Positions 26,186 to 35,200 of a stretch of 64,000 bases of DNA are shown in pieces. This DNA is from a virus (Duplodnaviria; Caudoviricetes): positions 32,001 through 96,000 of the IMG/VR virus record IMGVR_UViG_3300033066_001917; one strand, written 5' to 3'. The translations under genes and the position numbers were made by a program. The notes beneath the pieces are model-generated. The model was not told the DNA's origin, made no database searches, and saw nothing but the letters and a program-made list of their open reading frames with translations. Numbering within the stretch: position 1 is the stretch's first letter; each line of letters begins with the position of its first letter.

Positions 26186-26222
26186 GGGTTGGTTACACTC
26201 AACCCGGGGTGTAACCAACCCA
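26185..26222. terminator. 14-bp stem hairpin between the RNA ligase stop and the pentapeptide gene start
   Basis: TGGGTTGGTTACAC...GTGTAACCAACCCA. Confidence 0.55.
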
Positions 26223-26227
26223 ATTGC

Positions 26228-27442
26228 TCAAACCCCTAGGGTCTTGAGGACGGAGGTAAGGAGGGAATCCTTCCACCCGTTAGGGTTCTGGACTGTGGAC
26301 TTCCCCTGCTCACGTAGGAAGTCCACGTAGGTCAGGGAAGGATTCTCGCGGCGTGCAAAGCCGTACTGGATCGGGATCCCGTTGGTGTGAAGGGCGGTTG
26401 CCACGGTTTTGCGGTCGGCCGTGCCCTCCAGGGTGTCTACGTGGGTCTCGTAGAGGGTATCGTAGTTCCGGCACAGGTCCCGGAGACGATTCTGGATGCT
26501 ATCTCCCACGGCGCGAACCGCGGGGTTCAGGGTCATGGAGACATCGTCCCACTGGTTTCCCAGGATGAGGGCGAGGATCGACCGAGGGCTTTGGACGGTA
26601 TCCCCTTTGCTGTGGGCCGCAGCCACGTAATTCCGGCTTTTGACCTTCATCCGGCGGAAGCTCTGGGTATTCTCATCCCAGAGCTTGACGACGAGGCCCT
26701 CGAATCGCTTTGCGGGTTGCGCATGGACCCAGTTGAGAAGCTCGGTCACCGAACTGTGGCGGTGACGCTTCGGGGAATCCAGCCCGAGGCGCGAAGCAAC
26801 CTCGTGGGAATCCCGCTCTGTGCCCTTGACGTTATGGCGAACGGCCAGAAGGGTCACCCGCGAACAGTCTTGCGCCACACCCACCTCGTTGAAGGGGGTG
26901 GTGAGCTCGAAACTGTAGGTGTGATCCTTGTCAAATCCCTGCGCAAACTCGTCGAGGGGTTTCCCGGAGGTTTCCTCGAAGAGCTCACGGAAGCTCGAAC
27001 GGGTTAGGCTACCGACCCGTCCCTGGCCACGGGCCATGTTGCGCGTCCCGACGTGCCACCGATTGTCCTTGGGATCGAAGTAGACGAAGCAGAGAGTTCC
27101 ATCTTCTTTGGTTTCGAAGACGGCCGAGGGATCGGTGATGTCGAACTGGTCCTCGGGGCGGCCCTCGCCGAGGTTGAGGAATCGACGCATGGGCCGGGCC
27201 AGGACCACGGTATCACCGACCGGGTCATGAGGGTTGTAATCCTTCCGATCTTCGACCGGACGAATCACGGTTCCACGGCACTCACGGACGAGCGCATCGC
27301 TCGTTTTGCTTGCGAGCTGATCGTAGTTCAGGGACAGAACCACGTTCCCCGCATCATCATAGGCGGGGACGACCTTGACGCCGTGATTCTGAAAGAGCTC
27401 GGCGGGGGAACGATCCAGAAGAAACTTTTGAGCTTGAAGCAT
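26228..27442 (-). CDS. T4 Rnl1-like RNA ligase
   Basis: ECRG, RFLN.GE, motif I KEDGTL, FEL, EGLVV, KVKS..Y; GGAGG RBS. Confidence 0.9.
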   Translation of the reverse strand: MLQAQKFLLDRSPAELFQNHGVKVVPAYDDAGNVVLSLNYDQLASKTSDALVRECRGTVIRPVEDRKDYNPHDPVGDTVVLARPMRRFLNLGEGRPEDQFDITDPSAVFETKEDGTLCFVYFDPKDNRWHVGTRNMARGQGRVGSLTRSSFRELFEETSGKPLDEFAQGFDKDHTYSFELTTPFNEVGVAQDCSRVTLLAVRHNVKGTERDSHEVASRLGLDSPKRHRHSSVTELLNWVHAQPAKRFEGLVVKLWDENTQSFRRMKVKSRNYVAAAHSKGDTVQSPRSILALILGNQWDDVSMTLNPAVRAVGDSIQNRLRDLCRNYDTLYETHVDTLEGTADRKTVATALHTNGIPIQYGFARRENPSLTYVDFLREQGKSTVQNPNGWKDSLLTSVLKTLGV

Positions 27443-27477
27443 GATGACCTCCCTTTACTTTTTGTGGGCGGAAATGA

Positions 27478-27720
27478 TTACCGCGAAACACGGTGAAAGA
27501 AGCACGAGGAGAAGAAGATCATGTCTTCGATCACCGTGTTCCCCTCCATTTTGCCGTTGATTTCCAGGTACTCCACGCAATCACCTGAAGTCACATCCCC
27601 CTGAAGAACGCGGGTTTCCAGGGCCGAAAGTCGCTCCTTCAGCCCACCCATGCCGGGATCGCACCCAAGGGTGCCAAGATAGGAACAAACGTCGGAATTG
27701 GTGGCAAGACACTTGGTCAT
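27478..27720 (-). CDS. hypothetical protein
   Basis: GGAG RBS; follows the promoter motif. Confidence 0.65.
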   Translation of the reverse strand: MTKCLATNSDVCSYLGTLGCDPGMGGLKERLSALETRVLQGDVTSGDCVEYLEINGKMEGNTVIEDMIFFSSCFFHRVSR

Positions 27721-27740
27721 AACGTCTCCCTTTCGACTCT

Positions 27741-27767
27741 ATATCGATTGGGGTGATAGGATACCAA
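27741..27767 (-). promoter_or_regulatory. putative phage promoter TTG-N18-CGATAT
   Basis: motif copy. Confidence 0.7.
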
Positions 27768-27768
27768 G

Positions 27769-28221
27769 TCACCCGGTGCTGAATTTACCTATGTAGGCTT
27801 CCAGTTTCTCGCGGGTATTTTTGGCCCTCTCCACGGCTTCCGGTGTTGGCCACGGACAGGGGTTTCCCAGGTCATCGAAGGGTACGCAGAAGCAATCCCC
27901 CTTTTTCATGGCCGCCCGTTGCCCTCGGTTACCCAACCTGGAGATGAGGGATCCGTATTCACGATGATAGTAGGCCGCTGCCACGGGCGGTTTCCCAGCC
28001 ATCCGATAAATGACAAAGACCATGAACCCGCAAAGCAAAGCATTCCGGTTTTCATAGTTTCCGGCGAATTCGTCTTCCGTGGGTGGATCGGCCCGACGGT
28101 GGGTGGGGGCAGCATTAAAACCTTCCAATACCCCGCGAGTGGAGAATTCCGCGCAGATCCGCTCCAGATTTTCCGTCTGAGATCGGAAGTTTTCTCGGAA
28201 TTTAGCAATTGGATCAATCAT
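27769..28221 (-). CDS. hypothetical protein
   Basis: ORF tiling. Confidence 0.65.
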   Translation of the reverse strand: MIDPIAKFRENFRSQTENLERICAEFSTRGVLEGFNAAPTHRRADPPTEDEFAGNYENRNALLCGFMVFVIYRMAGKPPVAAAYYHREYGSLISRLGNRGQRAAMKKGDCFCVPFDDLGNPCPWPTPEAVERAKNTREKLEAYIGKFSTG

Positions 28222-28224
28222 GGT

Positions 28225-28518
28225 TTAGCTGCGTGTGAGGCGAATAAGGCTTTCGACCCCGTTGCGGGCGCAATCAAGTGCCCCACTGCCAGGATTGCGA
28301 GCGGCTTGACCAGCGTTGACCACGATCTGAGTGGCTACGAATTCGATCTTGTTTTCTTTGATGCCTTCGATCTTGGCCATCCTTCGAAGAGCACGGCGTT
28401 CTGCCGAACTCCAGGCGACATTCGTTCCGTTGATGATCGACTCGGCTAGAAGTTGGGCTTGGGGTGCATAGGGAAGAGCCGTTTGGATGAATCGGGAGAG
28501 TTCCGACTTAGGGGTCAT
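28225..28518 (-). CDS. hypothetical protein
   Basis: ORF tiling. Confidence 0.65.
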   Translation of the reverse strand: MTPKSELSRFIQTALPYAPQAQLLAESIINGTNVAWSSAERRALRRMAKIEGIKENKIEFVATQIVVNAGQAARNPGSGALDCARNGVESLIRLTRS

Positions 28519-28565
28519 GGTCCTTTTACTCCCGAGGGGGTTAGCATAGGTTTATGGGGTGGCTT

Positions 28566-28877
28566 TCAGTTGCAGTGGGGACAGGTATCGCAACCGCAGT
28601 TGCCCCCCCGGAGCGACACTTGAGCTTCGTGGAGATTCTGAGCCCGAGACCACCCCAGGCACCATGTCTCACCCATGCCCGGGTTGTATCCCTCACCGCG
28701 ACGGAAAGCCAGAAGCCCTTCGGTCTCCGCGACATCGTACTCTGCCGCACGAAGAGAGTCCTGACGCTCGCCGCGCTTGATGGATCGGCGAATTTCGCTT
28801 CGGAGAGTGGCGCTTCGCGACCCGACTTTCGAGCAGGAATCGGTTTTCATGTTTCCGCTGTACTTCATGTTGTTCAC
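28566..28877 (-). CDS. hypothetical protein
   Basis: follows the promoter motif; C-terminal CGCDTCPHC. Confidence 0.6.
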   Translation of the reverse strand: MNNMKYSGNMKTDSCSKVGSRSATLRSEIRRSIKRGERQDSLRAAEYDVAETEGLLAFRRGEGYNPGMGETWCLGWSRAQNLHEAQVSLRGGNCGCDTCPHCN

Positions 28878-28888
28878 CCTTCAATCCT

Positions 28889-28915
28889 ATATCGGTTGAC
28901 GCGGGGAAAAGTCAA
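28889..28915 (-). promoter_or_regulatory. putative phage promoter TTG-N18-CGATAT
   Basis: motif copy (TTGACT at the -35 position). Confidence 0.7.
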
Positions 28916-28916
28916 T

Positions 28917-29333
28917 TCAGAGAGGGTACCCCATTTCGCGATTTAGAGTCTTCGCGAGGCGCAGCCAGTTTTGGCCCTCGGTGGGATCGGAAATGGCCAT
29001 GTCCAGGAGTGCCTTGGCGTAGTTCTCCCGAATGACAATATCCCCTACGGCCTCGCAGTAAGGCAAGTCTCTAAGGGTGGGAAGAACCCACACCCGACAG
29101 GACAGCTCCGTCCACGACGGTTGCACATCCTTTTCAAGCTCCACGGAGAACCCGTGCTGAATCAGGGTCTCGTACACGTAGGGCTGCACTAGGTCACTCA
29201 CCACGAAAGTCCGCTGGGCCTTCGTGCGCTTTTTCTCTGCGATTTGCTGAAGGATATCGCGCATCTGTAGAGTGTTGAGGTTATTGAGCCCACGAGAAGC
29301 CCTATAAATCCGATCATCCATACTGAACCTCAC
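28917..29333 (-). CDS. hypothetical protein
   Basis: ORF tiling. Confidence 0.6.
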   Translation of the reverse strand: MRFSMDDRIYRASRGLNNLNTLQMRDILQQIAEKKRTKAQRTFVVSDLVQPYVYETLIQHGFSVELEKDVQPSWTELSCRVWVLPTLRDLPYCEAVGDIVIRENYAKALLDMAISDPTEGQNWLRLAKTLNREMGYPL

Positions 29334-29375
29334 TTTGCCTTACTTGTTTTTTACCCAATTCGACTGGGGTACTAC

Positions 29376-29573
29376 TTACTCCGACATTGCCTGATCATAC
29401 TTTTTTTGTCGCTCAAGACGCTCGATTTCTTCCCCTACGGCCCAATGGAATTCTCGGTACGCGGCTTCCAGAAGGTCTTTAGTCCCGATTCTATCTCCGG
29501 CTTGGCGGGCTTCAAAAGCCTGGAACATGAAGTCAACCATGGCCGTGAAGTTTCTATTAACGTTATTCATCAT
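29376..29573 (-). CDS. hypothetical protein
   Basis: GAGGG RBS. Confidence 0.6.
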   Translation of the reverse strand: MMNNVNRNFTAMVDFMFQAFEARQAGDRIGTKDLLEAAYREFHWAVGEEIERLERQKKYDQAMSE

Positions 29574-29577
29574 TCCC

Positions 29578-30138
29578 TCAATCGTTGGCCGCGCCAGAGT
29601 TCATGAGCTTCCAGAGTTCCGGTCCAGTCACCCGCCAACTTGGGATTCGACACGACCACTCGCCTGCGTCGTAGTCCAGGCTTCCCTGGTCGTAGCATCC
29701 TTCCGCAGAACGGGCCTTCCGGTTGGCAATGTGACCGCACCCACATCCGCAGAACTTGCTGGGGGTATCACGCTCCTCCCATTGGTTCTGGTCGCGGGCG
29801 AGTGGGTCGGTTTTGTAATCTACACCACGGTTGGGCTGCGGCCCGAAATGCGCCATTGCGTCACTATCGACTGGCTGGTACCACATGGCTGTGTCGACCA
29901 GACCAATGGCCGATCGCACGGTGAGTCCATGGACCGTGTAGCTGACATGATGATCGGGGAGGTCTTCCAGCCGGAGAACCTCTTCGACGGGATACCTCCG
30001 GGACCACCACCCGGTGTCTCTCGGGGTGAAATCTGTACTGGGAGTGGGATGGGGTCGACCGGAACCACCCACGGGAGTGTTCTCGAAACGATAGTAGCTA
30101 CGGGTACCGTCCGGGTGGATGAATGTTTCGCAGATCAT
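29578..30138 (-). CDS. hypothetical protein
   Basis: AAGGG RBS before the ATG at 30138. Confidence 0.6.
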   Translation of the reverse strand: MICETFIHPDGTRSYYRFENTPVGGSGRPHPTPSTDFTPRDTGWWSRRYPVEEVLRLEDLPDHHVSYTVHGLTVRSAIGLVDTAMWYQPVDSDAMAHFGPQPNRGVDYKTDPLARDQNQWEERDTPSKFCGCGCGHIANRKARSAEGCYDQGSLDYDAGEWSCRIPSWRVTGPELWKLMNSGAAND

Positions 30139-30148
30139 GGTGCGCCCT

Positions 30149-30391
30149 TTAGATGTGGAACATGATACATGGGGGTCGGTTGACATCCAACCACAGGTCG
30201 AATTCTTCCTGGTTCATTTCTCGGAGGGATAGTGCCCGGGAAGCGCAGAATTGTTGTTGTGCCTCCTGGATCCAGAGAAGGTATCCGAGCATCCCTCCCT
30301 CCCATTTCTCCAGGTCCACCAGAAGCATCTGGTTTGGGTCCAGACCGTGGTTGGCCGCGTATTTTTGATACCGTTTGGTCCAATTTGGCAT
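30149..30391 (-). CDS. hypothetical protein
   Basis: GAGG RBS; follows the promoter motif. Confidence 0.65.
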   Translation of the reverse strand: MPNWTKRYQKYAANHGLDPNQMLLVDLEKWEGGMLGYLLWIQEAQQQFCASRALSLREMNQEEFDLWLDVNRPPCIMFHI

Positions 30392-30408
30392 ATTGCTACC
30401 TCGTTCTT

Positions 30409-30435
30409 ATATCGAACTGGGTAGCGAAAAACCAA
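30409..30435 (-). promoter_or_regulatory. putative phage promoter TTG-N18-CGATAT
   Basis: motif copy. Confidence 0.7.
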
Positions 30436-30939
30436 TCATAGGAGGGGGAATTCGTGCCCCTCCCGCCCTAGACAAAGCCGCAGTACGGTCATTTGAAATG
30501 ACCGATAGACATCTTCTATTTTTGGCCCCGCGCCATACCGAATGGTTATGTGCGGTTTGTAGGTACTGTAATCTTTGCGGACGACAATACCTTCCCGGGC
30601 CAGTTCCCACAACATCCGCACGTGTAGGTTTGCGAATGGTGTCTCATCTTCTACGCTCCGATAGAAAGGAACCGGGCCCGAGATGGGTTCAAATTGGCCC
30701 ACGGTTGAAGTGGTGGCTTGGATTCTGGTGGTTTGACCCGCCACCCGTTCGACCGCATTCCTGATTCTATCAAGCTCCGATTCGGTGAACAGACACATTT
30801 GACCTAGATACACAACGGTGATATGGAGTCTGGTTGTTGGCTCTCCATGTGGTACAGACAGGTCACGGGCTACCGTCTCTGGAACGGGCAATTCAACCCA
30901 AACACTTCCCGGCACGACTAACCCCCTCGAATCCAACAA
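30436..30939 (-). CDS. 2H phosphoesterase (LigT / 2'-5' RNA ligase family)
   Basis: two HxT motifs, LHITVVYLG and YKPHITIRY; start uncertain. Confidence 0.85.
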   Translation of the reverse strand: MLDSRGLVVPGSVWVELPVPETVARDLSVPHGEPTTRLHITVVYLGQMCLFTESELDRIRNAVERVAGQTTRIQATTSTVGQFEPISGPVPFYRSVEDETPFANLHVRMLWELAREGIVVRKDYSTYKPHITIRYGAGPKIEDVYRSFQMTVLRLCLGREGHEFPLL

Positions 30940-31262
30940 CCCGCATCGGCCATTGTCCGGAGCATCTTGAGTCCTTGAGCCTCTGTGATGTCCTGGTCTT
31001 TGTGCAGGGTGTTGATGATATCCCGAAGGACTGCCACCTGAACATTAGAAACCGGAACCCCGATAGCCTGTCCCATCTCTTCGATGACTTCTTTCAGGAT
31101 GTCGTTTCTACCTTCCATGCAGGCTAGAAGGTCCATGATCTCCGGCTCCATCGCGCGTCGGAGATCCACGTGGCCATCCGTTGGATTCGGGTCTTCTAGG
31201 AGTCCACACAGGACTCCTAGTCGTTGATCAATGATGTAACGTGTCACCTCGTGGATATCCAT
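30918..31262 (-). CDS. hypothetical protein
   Basis: ORF tiling. Confidence 0.6.
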   Translation of the reverse strand: MDIHEVTRYIIDQRLGVLCGLLEDPNPTDGHVDLRRAMEPEIMDLLACMEGRNDILKEVIEEMGQAIGVPVSNVQVAVLRDIINTLHKDQDITEAQGLKMLRTMADAGCWIRGG

Positions 31263-31266
31263 ACTT

Positions 31267-31542
31267 TCACCTTCCCGGCCATTTGCTGATGATTACATTT
31301 AGGAGTTTGATGATTTCTCCGTGCCGAATGCGAAAATTCTCTGCGTCCTGTAGTTTCTCGGCTCGTCGGTCTTTGTTGCGGAGTCTGGAAGCCTCTCGAC
31401 GGAGGGCATTTTCCTCCCCTTTGTAGTAGGCAGACTTCCCCGTGATGATGTGGAGCAAAGATTCTCTGTCTGACGTGAGGGTCAAGATATCAGCGTCAGT
31501 GCGCAAGATAGCTTCCCTCACCTCTTCTGGCATGGAACTCAT
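31267..31542 (-). CDS. hypothetical protein
   Basis: ORF tiling. Confidence 0.6.
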   Translation of the reverse strand: MSSMPEEVREAILRTDADILTLTSDRESLLHIITGKSAYYKGEENALRREASRLRNKDRRAEKLQDAENFRIRHGEIIKLLNVIISKWPGR

Positions 31543-31574
31543 AGGTTATCTTACAATAACCATTTGGCCTTCGG

Positions 31575-31868
31575 TTAGCCAAAAGTCACGTAAAATTTAT
31601 CCCCGAAATGGTTTCTCAGAGTAGCCAGAGTCAGATGACAGGGGTGAGCATAGGTGAAGGATGTGATAACCACATCCTCATCCCAGACATCCACTTTGAA
31701 CTCCGGTGCATGGGTATCGACGACCACTGCCCCTGCTCCTGATTTGCTGGATACGAGTTTTGCCCACGAAAGAAGCTTCGCCACTTCTTCTGCGTTGGGA
31801 TCATTGATATCGTGGAAGTAGAGGATGAGATCCCGGTAAAAATAGCTAGGGATGGGTTTGATTACCAT
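31575..31868 (-). CDS. hypothetical protein
   Basis: AAGG RBS. Confidence 0.55.
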   Translation of the reverse strand: MVIKPIPSYFYRDLILYFHDINDPNAEEVAKLLSWAKLVSSKSGAGAVVVDTHAPEFKVDVWDEDVVITSFTYAHPCHLTLATLRNHFGDKFYVTFG

Positions 31869-31927
31869 AGATCACCTTCTGGTTGTTGGGCCCTGTCTTT
31901 ATCGGTTGGTGCTTACCGACGCCATAA

Positions 31928-32281
31928 TCACTTCCTGTGCTTGGCCATTAGCTTACGGACTTCAGCTCTATTTTCGTTTGCTTTGGAGGACCATCGATCT
32001 ACCCTCCTAATCTGATCACTTAACCTCTTTTTTCTGTAGGCTAACCTTTTCTTGTCATTTTTTATCCGTCTGTCCACATCCACCAGTGCCTCGAAAGGGA
32101 TCTTGAAATATCCGAGCTTTTGAAGGTACTCGTCTGTTATTTTTGTGGCAACGGGACCACAGGTTGATTGGTTCGGATATGTGATGTACACACCAGATGC
32201 GCGAAATTTTACCTTGCACTTCAATAGTACCATCTTTCCGTTTTGATTTTGTACCGTGTACCTGATCAATTGCCTACTCAT
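31928..32281 (-). CDS. basic hypothetical protein
   Basis: ATGA overlap with the helicase stop; GGAGG RBS. Confidence 0.6.
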   Translation of the reverse strand: MSRQLIRYTVQNQNGKMVLLKCKVKFRASGVYITYPNQSTCGPVATKITDEYLQKLGYFKIPFEALVDVDRRIKNDKKRLAYRKKRLSDQIRRVDRWSSKANENRAEVRKLMAKHRK

Positions 32282-35200
32282 GTCCACACCTCCGAAATCA
32301 TGTTGTAAAGCTCCTTACCCACTGAAAGGCCGGATACACCCACATCACCTACACCAGCCGCCATTAGGGCTGATTCAGAATCAAGTCCGTCGGTAGCCAT
32401 GCTTACCCCCACCTTGTGGAAGAGGAGACTCATAGCTTTCTCTTGGGAGATTACCGTGTATCTCGGAAGGTAGATGCGAATTTCCTTATCCTGGCCAATT
32501 CTATCCGATCGTCCTTTTGCTTGACGATAAACGATTGGGTTACATGCCGGGTTTTCGTGCCACCACTGCGAGGAAAAATGCACCAGAACGTTCAATCCGG
32601 TCTGGACGCATACCGGGTTGGTGATAAGAACTGGAGCCTTTGGCCCCACTACGTGTTTATCAATCCACGACTGACGTTTACCCGTGGGGACTTTGGCCGG
32701 ATCCAACACGGGCACCTTCCATCCAAACTTGGTTTCAATGAGCTTTTGCAAACGAGGGATAAGCTCCACGTGCCATGTAAGCACCAGGACGTTCCTACCC
32801 TCTTTGTACTCATTTTCAATTGTGGAAAGAAGCTCACGTTCCTTGGGGAGAGGAGCCAACCCTACGGGTTCTCCTCTAGCCACAAGAAGTCGTCCCTCCG
32901 ACTCCGGGTACCGGACTTCATAAGCCCCGTCCGGGGTATTTCCAGTATCCTTTGTCGCTCTGTCGAGATGAGAGGGGATCTCGGACACTTGCCCCCATAG
33001 CTTTCCTGCGAGGGGGGTGTATCTATCTTTCCTTACCTGATTGAGGAGTTCCCCCACAAGAAATAGGTGGACATTCTCCTGGTCCGGGTCAGGTTTGACC
33101 CTCACTACAATCTCACGGCATGGGGGAAGGTTTAGGGCTAGATCCGCTTTGTGGATCGTCACACAGGAAGCTAGCATTTTAAGGACAAATAGAGGGAGAA
33201 CCCCGGGAGCAGAACCAAGGTCTTTCTCCTTTCGTTCAACCCTATCCGACATAGCCCCGTATTCCACGATCTCTCCGGTGGACTTGTCCGTGTCTTGGAG
33301 GAGGCGCTTCCGATATCCATATCGGTCTACAAATGGTCTTCGGTCATCTCGGTCGAATTCCTCCCTAAAAGAAGGAAAAAGGGCCCACCAGTTGGCAAAC
33401 AAGGACTCGGCGTACCCATTCATAATAGACCCGGTGAGTAGGATGGTAGGTTTTCCCAATCCTGTAAGCCTGTGGGCAGCTCGTTCTTGGGCCGATCCAT
33501 CCGTACTATATTCGTGACCCTCGTCTAAAATAAGGAAATCGAAAGTCTCAGGTTTGTTGTGTGTGATATAAGTGGCCAGTGGGTAGCGCATAGGCTCCCC
33601 AATTGCTTGAAACAATTCTGTGCCACACTCCTCTTCCCGAATCCAGGTTGCGGTTTCGTTGAGGGATGATAGAGCCATGAATATGTGACCCGTATCTCCC
33701 ATAGGCCGATTCCGATACGTTGGGTGCCCGTCTGCCGTAGAAAGGTCTAGGTATCCATTTTCACATGACTCCTTGAAACTCGTCATCTCCCGCCAGAATT
33801 TCTTGAAGTTGTCATGTGTAGTTTCATCCCTCAATCTATTTTGGTGACTTGTGGGAAGCATCATGTACAGGTTTTTAGCCGCGTCCTGGCAATGCATTCC
33901 TGCCCCATATTCACCCAATTGGAATGCCACGGAACCAACCAGAAGTGTGGTAGCAACGTCCAGAGTCAAATCCGGATCATTGATTCCGGCTAGAAAGTGA
34001 ACGATGGCTTTTACCTCGGGGGCACTCCCGTACCCATAGCGTTCTGGGAACAACCCGACCAACCTTCGTGCAATATCTTTCACACGAGGCTGTTGTCGGA
34101 GATCCGCCATCAACTCCTTTCTTTTACTTTCTACTGAGGTTCTGTCCAATGAACCTTCCTCTTTTGAGGCTTTAAGCACCATGGAGGATAGGAGCCCACC
34201 CGTAAGAGCAGCCCTTACAACGGAGTTGGTTGGGTTTAGTTTGTAGAACGTCCTGGCTATTTCAAGCAGGATCTCCGCGTCCTCGGAGCTAGGCTTGATT
34301 GGTTTGAGGGAACATCGGCTTCTCTTTTTTGCCAAGTCTTCGTCAGGAAGCTTCCCCCCGCACCCAGGGCATGATTTTTCAACCCCAATCCAACCGTGGC
34401 CTAGTTTGGCCGCCTCACGGGATAGGATTCCAAGAATCCGTCCTCCTTTATAGGAGGCCATAGCATCAATGTCTGAAACCGACCGTAGAACCATCACTTT
34501 TGCGGATGGGTCTACGAATCTCATTTGTTCTTCCCAGGATTCTAGAAGGTGGGGTGGACAAACCACTAAAATCTTCTCAGAACCACATGCAAAAGCAGTG
34601 GCCAGCGACATTCCGCTTTTCCCGCAACCAATCTCACCTAAGAGAATGGCGGATTTCCCTTTCCTTCTAGCCATAGAGACATTGGGCCCCCCTAGAAGGC
34701 GAGTTAGGGCTCTAACCGCGTGCTCCTGAGCTTGAAATAGCGGTCTAGCGAGAATAGGCAGGGGAAAGTGATCCTTTGGGTTGGCCGGATCATATAGAAC
34801 TGGGCAATGGGACCTAAGAACTCTCAAAAGAGATTTGCCGTAGAGAGTGAGGAGATCCCCCGAAGTCATTCTGGCTGTATCAACGGATCCAGTTATCGAA
34901 GTAGAAGATTGGATCTCCTGTATTTTTTTTGTTTTGAGATCCAATACCGTGATGACAAGCCTGGGTCGCTGGGCTTGTACAACGGATGTGACTTCACCGT
35001 CTTTGTTCTTTTTTTCTTCAATGGTCTCGTATTCCCGGTCGAATACTCCTTTGACCAAAATGTCGGGAGCGCCGGATTTTGGGTCATCCGGTACAACCCG
35101 TTCCCCATTAAATACTCCGGCGGCAATACCCGCCGCAATGTGTGCAGGTTTTGGTGGGACGGCCACTGGATACTTTCTAGTAGCCAAAGACTCTGCAGAT

